Positions 10,250-19,225 of a DNA stretch of 64,000 nucleotides are shown here, piece after piece (position 1 is the first letter of the stretch; each line of letters begins with the position of its first letter). Source of the stretch: Thermodesulfobacteriota bacterium (GTDB lineage: Bacteria; Desulfobacterota; Binatia; Bin18); NCBI GenBank assembly GCA_964291405.2, contig OZ219926.1:2432001-2496000 (forward strand). The letters run 5' to 3'. A program made the position numbers and the translations under genes. The notes beneath the pieces were generated by a model. It had not been told where the DNA came from. It made no database searches and worked only from the letters and a program-made list of their open reading frames with translations.

Positions 10250-11200
10250 ATGACAGTGTCTGAGCATGACGCCTCCCGGCCGGACCGCTCTCTTGATGAC
10301 GCTTTCTGGCCACAATCGTTCCAGCCCTATCTGTCTGATGCGCTCAATCAACGGCCGGCTGGTTCGATTGGCAAATCGGGCGCGTGTAGGCTGACCTTTA
10401 CAGCAGGGTCAGGAAGGACCAAGCTGCAGCAATCGTTTGTTTCCCATCCTTTCCATCTGACCCGGCCCTGGTATTTGGACCCCGCCTTACCTGGCATGGC
10501 AGTGGTCTACGTCCAAACACCCGCGGGTGGCTTAATTCAGGGTGATCGTGCAACGCTCCAGTTCAACCTGGGCGACACGTCCCACGTCCACATTACCAAT
10601 CAGGCCGCAGAGAAGATCCACTCCATGACGGCCAACTGTGCACTGCAAAGCGTGTCATTTGTTTTGGGTACGGGGGCCTATGCAGAATACTGCCCCGAAC
10701 CCGTTATTCTCTTTCCCCGCGCGCGCTTCGGCCAACAACTACGCGTCCAACTCGGCCGACAGGCGAGCTTTTTCTTTTCCGAAATCTTTCTCATCCGGGG
10801 AGATGTGGCCCAGGAACCGTTTGAAGCACTCTCAACCAGCCTGACGGTCACTGACGCTACCGATGACCTCCTCATGCGAGAACACGGTGTCGCCCTGCCG
10901 CTCCAGCAGCGCCTCACCGGCCCTGGCGCCCTGGATCAATATCACGTCTGGGGCCAAGCCGTCCTCGTTGGCCGGTCGGTGACCGAGAGCTGGGCACAGG
11001 GAATCCAGGCTGAGATCCAAGAGGAATCATTCCCTGACACCGTTCTCGTGGCCGGGACAACCGTCCTCCCTGGGGAATATGGGGTCTGCGTGAAAGTTGT
11101 GGGAACACAGGTTCCAGCGGTTCGGCGGGTATTACGTAGAGCCTGGCACGGGCTACGTCTGCGCCACTTGGGTGTTCCCGCACCAGACCTGCCAAAATGA
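10250..11200 (+). CDS. ureD: Urease accessory protein UreD
   Basis: TPAGGLIQGD, NQAAEKIHSM, PEPVILF motifs; context. Confidence 0.88.
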   Translation: MTVSEHDASRPDRSLDDAFWPQSFQPYLSDALNQRPAGSIGKSGACRLTFTAGSGRTKLQQSFVSHPFHLTRPWYLDPALPGMAVVYVQTPAGGLIQGDRATLQFNLGDTSHVHITNQAAEKIHSMTANCALQSVSFVLGTGAYAEYCPEPVILFPRARFGQQLRVQLGRQASFFFSEIFLIRGDVAQEPFEALSTSLTVTDATDDLLMREHGVALPLQQRLTGPGALDQYHVWGQAVLVGRSVTESWAQGIQAEIQEESFPDTVLVAGTTVLPGEYGVCVKVVGTQVPAVRRVLRRAWHGLRLRHLGVPAPDLPK

Positions 11201-11216
11201 GAAAGGGAGGCCATGC

Positions 11217-11741
11217 ATGCTACGCATCAGTCATCGTCTCGGGAATATCCATCAGGATTCCGACCTTGCCGCTCGGGTCACGCAGTGGGAGCAGACTCAA
11301 CAACTGGAAGAAGTGACCATTAACGAGCGAGAGGCACAGAAGAGTCGACTTCGTCTCCAGACCTCGACAGGTCAGGACCTGGGACTCGTCCTGCCCCGTG
11401 GGACGGAAATCGCGGATGGCGACGTCTTTGCCTTCACCGATAGAGAAGGGGGCCTTGTCGTCCACCTCGCTCTTCAGGAGGTCATGGTGCTGACGCTGCG
11501 CCCAGGACTGCCCCCGCACGAACAACACCACTGGCTGGTTCGTCTCGGTCATGTGCTGGGCAATCAACACTGGCCGATCGCGAATGTCGACGACACGGTC
11601 CTTGTGCCGGTCACCCTCGACCGAGCAGTGATGGAAACCGTCCTGCGGACCCATCATCTTCTGGATCAATTTACGATTCGGTATGAGCGACGTTCCTGGC
11701 CGAAAGGCACCCAGAGCACATGGACGACACCGCATTCATAG
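11217..11741 (+). CDS. ureE: Urease accessory protein UreE
   Basis: KSRLRLQTSTGQDLGL, LGHVLGNQHWP; GGAGG RBS. Confidence 0.85.
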   Translation: MLRISHRLGNIHQDSDLAARVTQWEQTQQLEEVTINEREAQKSRLRLQTSTGQDLGLVLPRGTEIADGDVFAFTDREGGLVVHLALQEVMVLTLRPGLPPHEQHHWLVRLGHVLGNQHWPIANVDDTVLVPVTLDRAVMETVLRTHHLLDQFTIRYERRSWPKGTQSTWTTPHS

Positions 11742-12403
11742 CAGCCTTACAGCTGACGGACTCGTTCTTTCCCTCCGGCGCCGTCACCCTGTCTCACGGC
11801 CTGGAAACCTTTCTCAGTGTCCAGTCCGAGGCTATCGACCTGTCTCAGCTCCTGCACGATTATCTCGAAAGAAAAATCGCTCCCTGTGATCTAGTTGCCT
11901 ATGCGCACGCATATTGCGCCGCAGCAGAGGGAGATATTGAACGTTTGCAACAGATCGACCGCTATTTGCATGTTTCGCTCCTGCCGCAAGAGCTGCGGCA
12001 GGGCTCGCTGCGTTCGGGTCGGGGAACTCTGGAAACCCTGCGACGCGTAGTCGAGGAGCCACTCTTCCAGACCTTTCTGGCTGGCGTCAACGCGGGCAAG
12101 AGTAATGGTCATCTCCCCATTTGCCTGGCTCTCCTCCACTGCATATGGCGTATCCCCCAGCGCAGAGGCGGGTGTATGCTGCTGTACGCCTTCATGGTGA
12201 ACTTTCTCAGTGCCGCTATCCGCTTGGGCTGTCTTGGGCATCGGGAAGCCCAAGGGCTGCTCATTCATTTCCGGCCGCAGGTGATGCCACTGGTGGAGCA
12301 AGCGCTGGACAAACCGCTCGAAGAAATCGGCGCGTTCGTTCCGATCGCCGATATCCGAGCGATGCAACACGCCCATCTGTCTGTCCGACTCTTTAGTAGC
12401 TAG
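11720..12403 (+). CDS. ureF: Urease accessory protein UreF
   Basis: LQLTDSFFPSG..SHGLE, C-terminal RLFSS. Confidence 0.9.
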   Translation: MDDTAFIAALQLTDSFFPSGAVTLSHGLETFLSVQSEAIDLSQLLHDYLERKIAPCDLVAYAHAYCAAAEGDIERLQQIDRYLHVSLLPQELRQGSLRSGRGTLETLRRVVEEPLFQTFLAGVNAGKSNGHLPICLALLHCIWRIPQRRGGCMLLYAFMVNFLSAAIRLGCLGHREAQGLLIHFRPQVMPLVEQALDKPLEEIGAFVPIADIRAMQHAHLSVRLFSS

Positions 12404-12466
12404 TGCCTGTTCAGAGGCTTGTCTGACGGTCGGGCTATGGGGTAGTATCCCACCGTATTTTTTCGT

Positions 12467-12517
12467 AAAGAGGGAACGTGTCTTTCAATAGTCTGGAGTT
12501 GGACACGTTCCCTCTTT
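12467..12517. repeat. Palindromic element copy 4 (abuts tRNA 5' end)
   Basis: AAAGAGGGAACGTGTC-TTTCAATAGTCTGGAGTTG-GACACGTTCCCTCTTT. Confidence 0.95.
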
Positions 12518-12591
12518 GCCCCCGTAGCTCAGGAGGATAGAGCACCGGATTCCTAATCCGGGTGTCGTGCGTTCGAATCGCGCCGGGGGCA
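12518..12591 (+). tRNA. tRNA-Arg(CCU)
   Basis: GCCCCCG acceptor stem, TAGCTCAG D-arm, CCGGA-TTCCTAA-TCCGG anticodon arm, GTTCGAATC T-loop; CCA not encoded. Confidence 0.95.
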
Positions 12592-12614
12592 GTTTCCTGC
12601 TTAGTGCGAGAGAC

Positions 12615-13781
12615 ATGATGCATGAAAGTCGGCGGATGCAGGAGGTTCAGACGCCGATCATTCCGGTGATTGCCGAACTCATCCGTGCGCATCCCGGTAC
12701 GGTGTCTCTGGGCCAAGGGGTGGCCTACTACGGCCCGCCACCCGAGGCCCTAAAAGCGGTCCAGCAGTTTCAGGCCAATCCGGCCAACCATAAATACACC
12801 CTCGTCCAGGGTATTGACCCGCTCTTGGAGGTGATTCGCCATAAAATCTTGGAGGAGAACGGTATCGCGCTGACTGAAACGCAGCGTATCGTCGTGACGG
12901 CCGGGGGCAATATGGCGTTTATGAACGCGCTGCTGGCAATCACCGACCCAGGCGACCAAATTATTTTGCAACTGCCGTATTACTTCAACCATGAGATGGC
13001 GATCAGCATGGTCAACTGCGAGGCCGTGTGCGTGCCGACCGACGCGCACTATCAGCTTCAGCTCGACGCGATCAGAAACGCGATTACCGATCGTACGCGC
13101 GCCATTGTGACCATATCGCCCAATAACCCCGCTGGTGTGGTGTACGCCGAGTCAGACCTGCGTGCGGTCAATGCCCTCTGTCGGGAGGCCAGCTTGTATC
13201 ACATCAGTGACGAGGCCTATGAGTATTTCACCTACGACGGTGCACGCCATTTCTCGCCGGGGTCCATCGCGGACAGCAGCGAGTACACGATCTCCCTGTA
13301 CTCGCTGTCCAAGGCCTATGGGTTTGCGAGTTGGCGCATCGGCTGGATGGTCGCGCCGGACCACTTGTATACAGCAATCAAAAAGGCCCAGGATACGATC
13401 CTGATCTGTCCGCCGGTTGTCTCGCAATACGCCGCGGTCGCGGCGATGCAGGTCGGGTCAGCCTACTGTCGGGAAAAACTCAGGGCGATGACCACGACCC
13501 GTCATATCATACAGCGCGCACTCAACGAGTTGGGTGAGTTGATCACCCTGCCTCGGTCCGATGGCGCGTTCTACTTCCTGCTGCGGGTGCGCACCAATAT
13601 GGATGCCATGACCTTGGCTGAGCGCTTAATCCGAGAGCATCGCGTCGCAGTGATTCCCAGTACGGCCTTCGGTCTCACAACTGGCTGCTATCTGCGTCTC
13701 TCCTACGGCGCGCTGGACGAAGAGATAGCCGCCGAAGCGAGCCGACGGCTGGTACACGGGCTACGCTGCATTGTGCAATAG
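12615..13781 (+). CDS. PLP-dependent aminotransferase class I/II
   Basis: SPNNPAG, SDEAYEYF, SLSKAYGFASWRIG. Confidence 0.9.
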   Translation: MMHESRRMQEVQTPIIPVIAELIRAHPGTVSLGQGVAYYGPPPEALKAVQQFQANPANHKYTLVQGIDPLLEVIRHKILEENGIALTETQRIVVTAGGNMAFMNALLAITDPGDQIILQLPYYFNHEMAISMVNCEAVCVPTDAHYQLQLDAIRNAITDRTRAIVTISPNNPAGVVYAESDLRAVNALCREASLYHISDEAYEYFTYDGARHFSPGSIADSSEYTISLYSLSKAYGFASWRIGWMVAPDHLYTAIKKAQDTILICPPVVSQYAAVAAMQVGSAYCREKLRAMTTTRHIIQRALNELGELITLPRSDGAFYFLLRVRTNMDAMTLAERLIREHRVAVIPSTAFGLTTGCYLRLSYGALDEEIAAEASRRLVHGLRCIVQ

Positions 13782-13847
13782 CAGGCTGCCTGATACCGTT
13801 GCCGCGCGGTGTGATGAATTGAGAGATACCCAAGAGGACGAAGTGCT

Positions 13848-15008
13848 ATGCGATCAGGCTTTCATGTAATGGACAGCGATCTCCACGTTATTGAAAACGG
13901 CGAGGTGTACGAGAAATATCTTGACGAGCGATACCGCGATAAGAAACCCCGCTACCTGGGTTGGAGTCCGACCAATTTCCCGCATTGGGATGTCCAGGGA
14001 CAGATGATCCCGCCGTGGGCACAGTCCGCTGAGGTGGTCAAAGCCCAGGAGTATCTCGATAAACCCACCGAGCATATCTACAAATCAGTCCGCGAGCGAA
14101 AGTACGAACCCGCTTCCACGCTGGAGGCCATGGACGCCGAGGGTATTGACGTGGGGATCGTCTACCGCACTTTTGCGCACATGGTCGTTTCCATTGATGA
14201 TTTAGAACCCGCCTATGCCACGGCCTATTGCGCTGCGTTTAACGATTGGCTGGCCGATTACTGTCAGACCGACACGCGGCGTCTCAAGGCGGCCGCTATT
14301 GTCTCCTTACACGACCCTGAACTGGCAGCGGCAGAGGCACGCCGGGCCGTAGAAGACAAGGGCCACGTTGCCGTCGTTCTGCTGCCTATGCCCTGCAATG
14401 GACGCTATTTCAACGCGCCCGAGTGCGATGTGCTGTGGAAGGAAATCACCCGGCTGAACGTCCCTCTCGCTTTTCACGGGACGAGCGGCGGAGCCTCAAA
14501 AGATTACGCGACTAATCGGTATAGAGGCCATCCGAATTTCCGTACGCTGAATCACTCGTCCGCCTTTCCCATGGAGCTTATGCTGGCCATGGGTGCCATG
14601 ACTGTGGGCGGGGTGCTTGAGCGTTTTCCTGACCTGCGGGTCGGTTTTCTGGAAGGCAATTGTGGCTGGCTGCCGTGGTGGTTGGACCGACTCGACGACC
14701 AGTGGAAGAAGTATGGCGGCGGCGAGGAAATCAAACTCTCGGCCAAACCGAGTGAGTATTTTAAGCGTCGGTGCTTTATTGGGACGGATGTCGATGAGGA
14801 GTTGTTAGCGGTCACGGTTGATAAAATCGGCGACGAAAATATTGTCATGTCCGTCGATTATCCCCATGCTGACGGCCCTTTCCCGAACGGAATTAGAGAA
14901 TTTCTTGAACTGCCTGGGGTCGGACTAGACTCCAAGCGCAAAATTATGTGGGAGAACTGCCTTCGCTTGTACGACTTTGACGAAAAGAAAATTCTCGCTG
15001 GAGATTAA
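13848..15008 (+). CDS. Amidohydrolase_2 family protein
   Basis: DSDLH, GGVLERFPDLRVGFLEGNCGW, SVDYPHAD. Confidence 0.88.
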   Translation: MRSGFHVMDSDLHVIENGEVYEKYLDERYRDKKPRYLGWSPTNFPHWDVQGQMIPPWAQSAEVVKAQEYLDKPTEHIYKSVRERKYEPASTLEAMDAEGIDVGIVYRTFAHMVVSIDDLEPAYATAYCAAFNDWLADYCQTDTRRLKAAAIVSLHDPELAAAEARRAVEDKGHVAVVLLPMPCNGRYFNAPECDVLWKEITRLNVPLAFHGTSGGASKDYATNRYRGHPNFRTLNHSSAFPMELMLAMGAMTVGGVLERFPDLRVGFLEGNCGWLPWWLDRLDDQWKKYGGGEEIKLSAKPSEYFKRRCFIGTDVDEELLAVTVDKIGDENIVMSVDYPHADGPFPNGIREFLELPGVGLDSKRKIMWENCLRLYDFDEKKILAGD

Positions 15009-15033
15009 CCGCATACTCTCCGTTCTTCTCTCC

Positions 15034-15058
15034 ATGAGCCCTCTGGTGGGCTCATTTT
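15034..15058 (+). terminator. Intrinsic terminator
   Basis: ATGAGCCC-TCTGGT-GGGCTCAT-TTT. Confidence 0.6.
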
Positions 15059-15068
15059 CACTTTCCCC

Positions 15069-15172
15069 ACATAAATACTAATTGAATCTATATTAGTATT
15101 TATGTAGAATATAACTATTGATAACAACTCTTAAATACTAATTTTCAGTAAATCAATAGTAAATTAGTATTT
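15069..15172. promoter_or_regulatory. Two AT-rich inverted repeats sharing the half-site AAATACTAAT, upstream of fic
   Basis: ACATAAATACTAAT-N9-ATTAGTATTTATGT (15069-15105) and AAATACTAATTT-N16-AAATTAGTATTT (15133-15172). Confidence 0.65.
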
Positions 15173-15179
15173 CGGAAAA

Positions 15180-16526
15180 ATGAAAATTCCTGCCACTCCG
15201 CCAACCCTAGAGGAGATACTCTCGAAGTCAGACAAAAAGGCTCGCATGAGGCGGTTGGTGGAGATTTTTGCGAAAGGAATTTCTTCCTCCCCACAGGGCA
15301 AATATCGGCACTGGGAAACAGTGAAGAGACTCCAACCTCCAAACGGATTCTCTTCGAGAGAGTGGTGGGCAGGGATTAAATTTGCCCGCTTCCAGACACG
15401 GAGGGAAGTTCCTCTGCTACAGGACAAAGACGGGAAACCGTTTATATATTCCCTCGCTGATCCAGTACTGGAACTCCTGCATGAGATCGATCGAGACGTA
15501 AGCGGCAGACTAACCTCTCGCGACCAGATTACAAACCCAAAAATGAGGGACCGCTATATAGAACATTCTCTCATGGAGGAAGCCATCACCTCGAGTCAGC
15601 TTGAAGGCGCATTGACGCCGCGCGAAGTCGCAAAGGATATGATTCGCTCGGGGCGAGCCCCCAGTGATCAGAGCGAACTGATGATCCTCAATAATTACCA
15701 GGCAATTCGCCTGGTAGATCAATGGAAAGAGCAGCCACTCACTCGTCAACTGCTCTTCACCATACATGAGACGCTAATCCGCGGTACGCTAGAGAAGGGT
15801 ACTGAGAGGAACTATCTCAGAGCCCCCAGTGACCACATCGCGGTCTACGATGAGCGTGATAACACTCTCGTGTATGAGCCCCCGCCCGCCGAACAGCTTG
15901 CAAGTCGAATGGCTGCCATGTTCGACTTTGCGAATCAAACCCAGACAGGAGCCTTTCTTCATCCAATACTGAAAGCCATTATTCTCCATTTCTGGCTCGC
16001 TTATGACCACCCCTTTCTTGATGGCAATGGAAGAGCAGCAAGGGCACTCTTTTACTGGTCTGTACTCTCGCAGGGGTTCTGGATATTCGAGTTTCTTTCG
16101 ATTTCCAGCATTATTCGAAAGGCACCGGCAAAATACGTCCGATCTTTCCTCTATACGGAAACAGACGAGAATGACCTGACGTATTTTATTCTGGCCCAAC
16201 TTCGAGTCATCCAGCGAGCCATCAACGAATTATACGCCTATCTTGACAAGAAGGCCGACGAGATTCAGCAAACTGAGCAACTTCTCCGGTCTTCTATTGT
16301 TATCAACCCTCGCCAAGTCGCCCTGCTCGGGCATGCGCTCCACCACCCAGGGACGCGCTATACGATCGCATCACATAAGAAGAGCCAGGGAGTAACCTAC
16401 CAAACGGCACGGACCGACCTGCTTGGTCTTGCGGATCGAAAACTGCTCGGCAGGGCAAAAGCCGGGCGCGCTTTCGTCTTCATCGCCCCTCGCAACCTTC
16501 CAGAGAGGCTGCAAGCTCTTTCCTGA
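15180..16526 (+). CDS. Fic family protein (class II-like, probable C-terminal HTH)
   Basis: HPFLDGNGRAAR catalytic motif; SSQLEG inhibitory motif. Confidence 0.92.
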   Translation: MKIPATPPTLEEILSKSDKKARMRRLVEIFAKGISSSPQGKYRHWETVKRLQPPNGFSSREWWAGIKFARFQTRREVPLLQDKDGKPFIYSLADPVLELLHEIDRDVSGRLTSRDQITNPKMRDRYIEHSLMEEAITSSQLEGALTPREVAKDMIRSGRAPSDQSELMILNNYQAIRLVDQWKEQPLTRQLLFTIHETLIRGTLEKGTERNYLRAPSDHIAVYDERDNTLVYEPPPAEQLASRMAAMFDFANQTQTGAFLHPILKAIILHFWLAYDHPFLDGNGRAARALFYWSVLSQGFWIFEFLSISSIIRKAPAKYVRSFLYTETDENDLTYFILAQLRVIQRAINELYAYLDKKADEIQQTEQLLRSSIVINPRQVALLGHALHHPGTRYTIASHKKSQGVTYQTARTDLLGLADRKLLGRAKAGRAFVFIAPRNLPERLQALS

Positions 16527-16541
16527 GGCCCGACTGAGGCC

Positions 16542-17831
16542 CTAGTGACCGCTCCCCGGCTCGTCTTCATAGGCCAGAGCCAGCAGGTCCATAGTGTGCA
16601 CGGCTTTCATCGGGAGCCCACTCTGCCGTAATCCGGCCTGTATCTGCATTAAGCAGCCAGGGTTGCCGGTCACAACAACGTCGGCTTCGGTTGCCTGAAT
16701 ATTTCCGACTTTACGCTCCAGCAGCCGGGCCGCCATCTCGGGCTGGGTCAGATTATACGTACCGGCACTGCCACAGCACCAGTCTGACTCGGGTAAGTTG
16801 GTCAGCTTCAGCCCAGGGATAGCCTGCAGTAAAGCACGGGGTTGCTCGCGGACCCCTTGTCCGTGCGCCAAGTGGCAGGCGTCGTGGTAGGTCGCCTTGA
16901 CCCGCACTTCTCTGGTGGGCGTCCTGAGCGCGATACTGCCCACAAACTCGGCCGCATCCTTCATTTTTCCCGTAAGGCGAGCCGCCTTCTCTCGGTAGGC
17001 AGGATCGTCTTTGAACAGCTCGCCGTATTCCTTCATCATGGCTCCGCAACCGGCCGCGTTGATGATAAAGGCATCCAGATCGAGTTGGTCAAAGACGTCG
17101 ATATTCCGCTTGGCCAGCGCCAGGGCCGTCTGCTTGTCTCCGTTATGCAAGAGGAGGGCGCCGCAACAGGATTGGGCCCTGGGAATGAGGACTTCACAGC
17201 CGTTATGACGGAGGACCTTCACCGTGGACTGGTTGGTCGCTCCAAAGACCGCCGACATCACACAGCCCGACAGCACGCCAACGGTGTGACGTTTTTCACC
17301 AATGGCAGAATAGTGCTCCAAGAGGGGCTGGGAAGAAACGCTTCCACGCTCTGGCAAGAGCCCGAACCAATAGCGCAATGTGGCAGGCACGGCTTCAGAG
17401 CGGGCGAAACGAGCCAGGCCAAGGGCGGCCCCAAATTTGAGCAACAGAGCGAAAAGCCGCGCTCCCCAGGGATTGGGGAAGGTCTTGTTCATGAGCCAGC
17501 GCTTTCCGCGTTCCAGCATAGGACGGCGGTAGTACTGCTCAATAAAGGGCCGGGCGCCTTCGATGAGCTCTCCATACTGCACCCCGGACGGACAGGCGGT
17601 TTCACACGCCCGACACCCCAGGCAGAGATCAAGATGTCCAACGACCTCGTCGTTGAGCTGTGCGTGTCCCTCTTGCAGGGCGCGCAGCATAACGATGCGT
17701 CCCCGGGGGGAGTCCATCTCTGTACCTAATTCGACATAGGTTGGACACGAGGCCAGACACAATCCACAGTGTACGCAGTCAAAAAATTTCTCGTGGTCAA
17801 CAAAGGCGGTGTTTTCCATAGGGAGCGGCAA
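16542..17831 (-). CDS. glcF: Glycolate oxidase iron-sulfur subunit
   Basis: CVHCGLCLASCPTY, CLGCRACETACPSG, CCG domains. Confidence 0.9.
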   Translation of the reverse strand: MPLPMENTAFVDHEKFFDCVHCGLCLASCPTYVELGTEMDSPRGRIVMLRALQEGHAQLNDEVVGHLDLCLGCRACETACPSGVQYGELIEGARPFIEQYYRRPMLERGKRWLMNKTFPNPWGARLFALLLKFGAALGLARFARSEAVPATLRYWFGLLPERGSVSSQPLLEHYSAIGEKRHTVGVLSGCVMSAVFGATNQSTVKVLRHNGCEVLIPRAQSCCGALLLHNGDKQTALALAKRNIDVFDQLDLDAFIINAAGCGAMMKEYGELFKDDPAYREKAARLTGKMKDAAEFVGSIALRTPTREVRVKATYHDACHLAHGQGVREQPRALLQAIPGLKLTNLPESDWCCGSAGTYNLTQPEMAARLLERKVGNIQATEADVVVTGNPGCLMQIQAGLRQSGLPMKAVHTMDLLALAYEDEPGSGH

Positions 17832-17864
17832 GCCTTATCGTATGAGTTTCGTCAAATGTCTTTC

Positions 17865-19187
17865 CTATAGTCCACCAACAAAGCGACCGGGGTTCAAAAT
17901 ACCGTTGGGATCCAGGGTTTCTTTGAGTCGCTGCATAAGCGGAAACGCTTTGCCGACACTACCCCAGACATTCGCCCGTTCCTTGAGCGCCGCAGGGATC
18001 TCTTCCACAACGACAAATCCGTTGCTACCGGTTGCGTGGACACGTATCCAGTCAAAAAGGGACAAAATCTGGTCGTCGGGGACAGCCTCTCCTTCAAAAG
18101 CCGCGTACAGGATACCATTCCCGGCCCGGGCCAATAAACGGACTGGAGCATGGCGACGCTGGGATTCTGATTCCAGGTCGGCACAGAATGCCGCGAGCTG
18201 GGTTGGCTGAAGGCTGACTTTACACCGAAGCGTCGCCGGGCCGGACACAGGAAAATCCCGGAGGGCCTGAGAGAGCGTCTGCGCCTCGTCGACACTCAGC
18301 TCCTCAATATCACCTGCGTCATCCCCAAGAACATCACGCAGGTGATTCCGCTGGTCGTCGATTTCTTCCTGAATTCCAGCAAAGCCGACGAAAAGACGAT
18401 AGGCGTCTCCTCCTTGATCTCCGGAGGACGAAAGCGGAGAAAAATTGGCCAGTTCCAGGAAAAAGGGCTGCATGTCCGAGCCCGTCAATTTCAGCGCGGC
18501 TTCGCCAGCTTTTTCAGCCGAGGAGAATGTCAAGGCGAGCGTTGTTTGGGCTTCAGGTCGAGGACGGATCATAAAAGTCGCCTCGACGATAACGCCGAGC
18601 GTCCCAAACGACCCACAGTAGAGCTTTGGCAGGTCATAACCGGCCACGTTTTTCACGACTTGTCCACCACCCTTAATCAGCGTCCCATCCGCGCGCACGA
18701 CTTTTATGCCGATCAGAAAATCGCGGACCGTGCCTTGAGAGAAGCGGGCGGGACCGTTAAGATTGGCAGCAATGACTCCACCGACCGTGGCTCGCTCAGG
18801 ACACGGCGGGTCGAGCGGCAGCCATTGGCCATTTTCTCCAAGAATAGCCTGGAGTTGGGCCAGAGACATGCCGGCCCCAACGGTAATGGTCATATCGGTC
18901 GGCTGATAGTCGACAATCGCGCTCAGCCCTGTCGTACACAGCGCCTGCTCGTATCGTTTCGGTACGCCACCCAGGTGGAGAAACGCACCCTGTCCCACCG
19001 GGCTTATGGCGCAGCCGTTTTCATTTGCCTCTTTTAGCAGGCGAGAGACCTCTTCAATCGACGCGGGGTAGACTACCGTCTCGGGTGCTTGCCCGTCGAT
19101 GACGAACTGGGTGGACGGCGGATGACCTGCGGCCTGCGTCAAAGGAGTGAACGTGTCCTCCAGTGGTTTAGAAGAGATGCTGGACAC
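17865..19187 (-). CDS. glcE: Glycolate oxidase FAD-binding subunit GlcE-like
   Basis: GGQVVKNVAGYDLPKL, GSFGTLG, DPNGILNPGR; N-terminus derived from repeat copy 5. Confidence 0.85.
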   Translation of the reverse strand: MSSISSKPLEDTFTPLTQAAGHPPSTQFVIDGQAPETVVYPASIEEVSRLLKEANENGCAISPVGQGAFLHLGGVPKRYEQALCTTGLSAIVDYQPTDMTITVGAGMSLAQLQAILGENGQWLPLDPPCPERATVGGVIAANLNGPARFSQGTVRDFLIGIKVVRADGTLIKGGGQVVKNVAGYDLPKLYCGSFGTLGVIVEATFMIRPRPEAQTTLALTFSSAEKAGEAALKLTGSDMQPFFLELANFSPLSSSGDQGGDAYRLFVGFAGIQEEIDDQRNHLRDVLGDDAGDIEELSVDEAQTLSQALRDFPVSGPATLRCKVSLQPTQLAAFCADLESESQRRHAPVRLLARAGNGILYAAFEGEAVPDDQILSLFDWIRVHATGSNGFVVVEEIPAALKERANVWGSVGKAFPLMQRLKETLDPNGILNPGRFVGGL

Positions 19188-19199
19188 GTTTACTCCTTT
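19141..19199. repeat. Palindromic element copy 5 (overlaps glcE start)
   Basis: AAAGGAGTGAACGTGTCC-TCCAGTGGTTTAGAAGAGATGCT-GGACACGTTTACTCCTTT. Confidence 0.93.
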
Positions 19200-19225
19200 C
19201 GGTCTGGCTTTCTCTCTAATTCTCT

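Noticed and set aside
12435-12716. 93-aa minus-strand ORF
   Set aside because: Antisense to the tRNA, repeat copy 4 and the aminotransferase start.
12518-16526. Genomic island integrated at tRNA-Arg
   Set aside because: No integrase and no duplicated tRNA 3' end were found.
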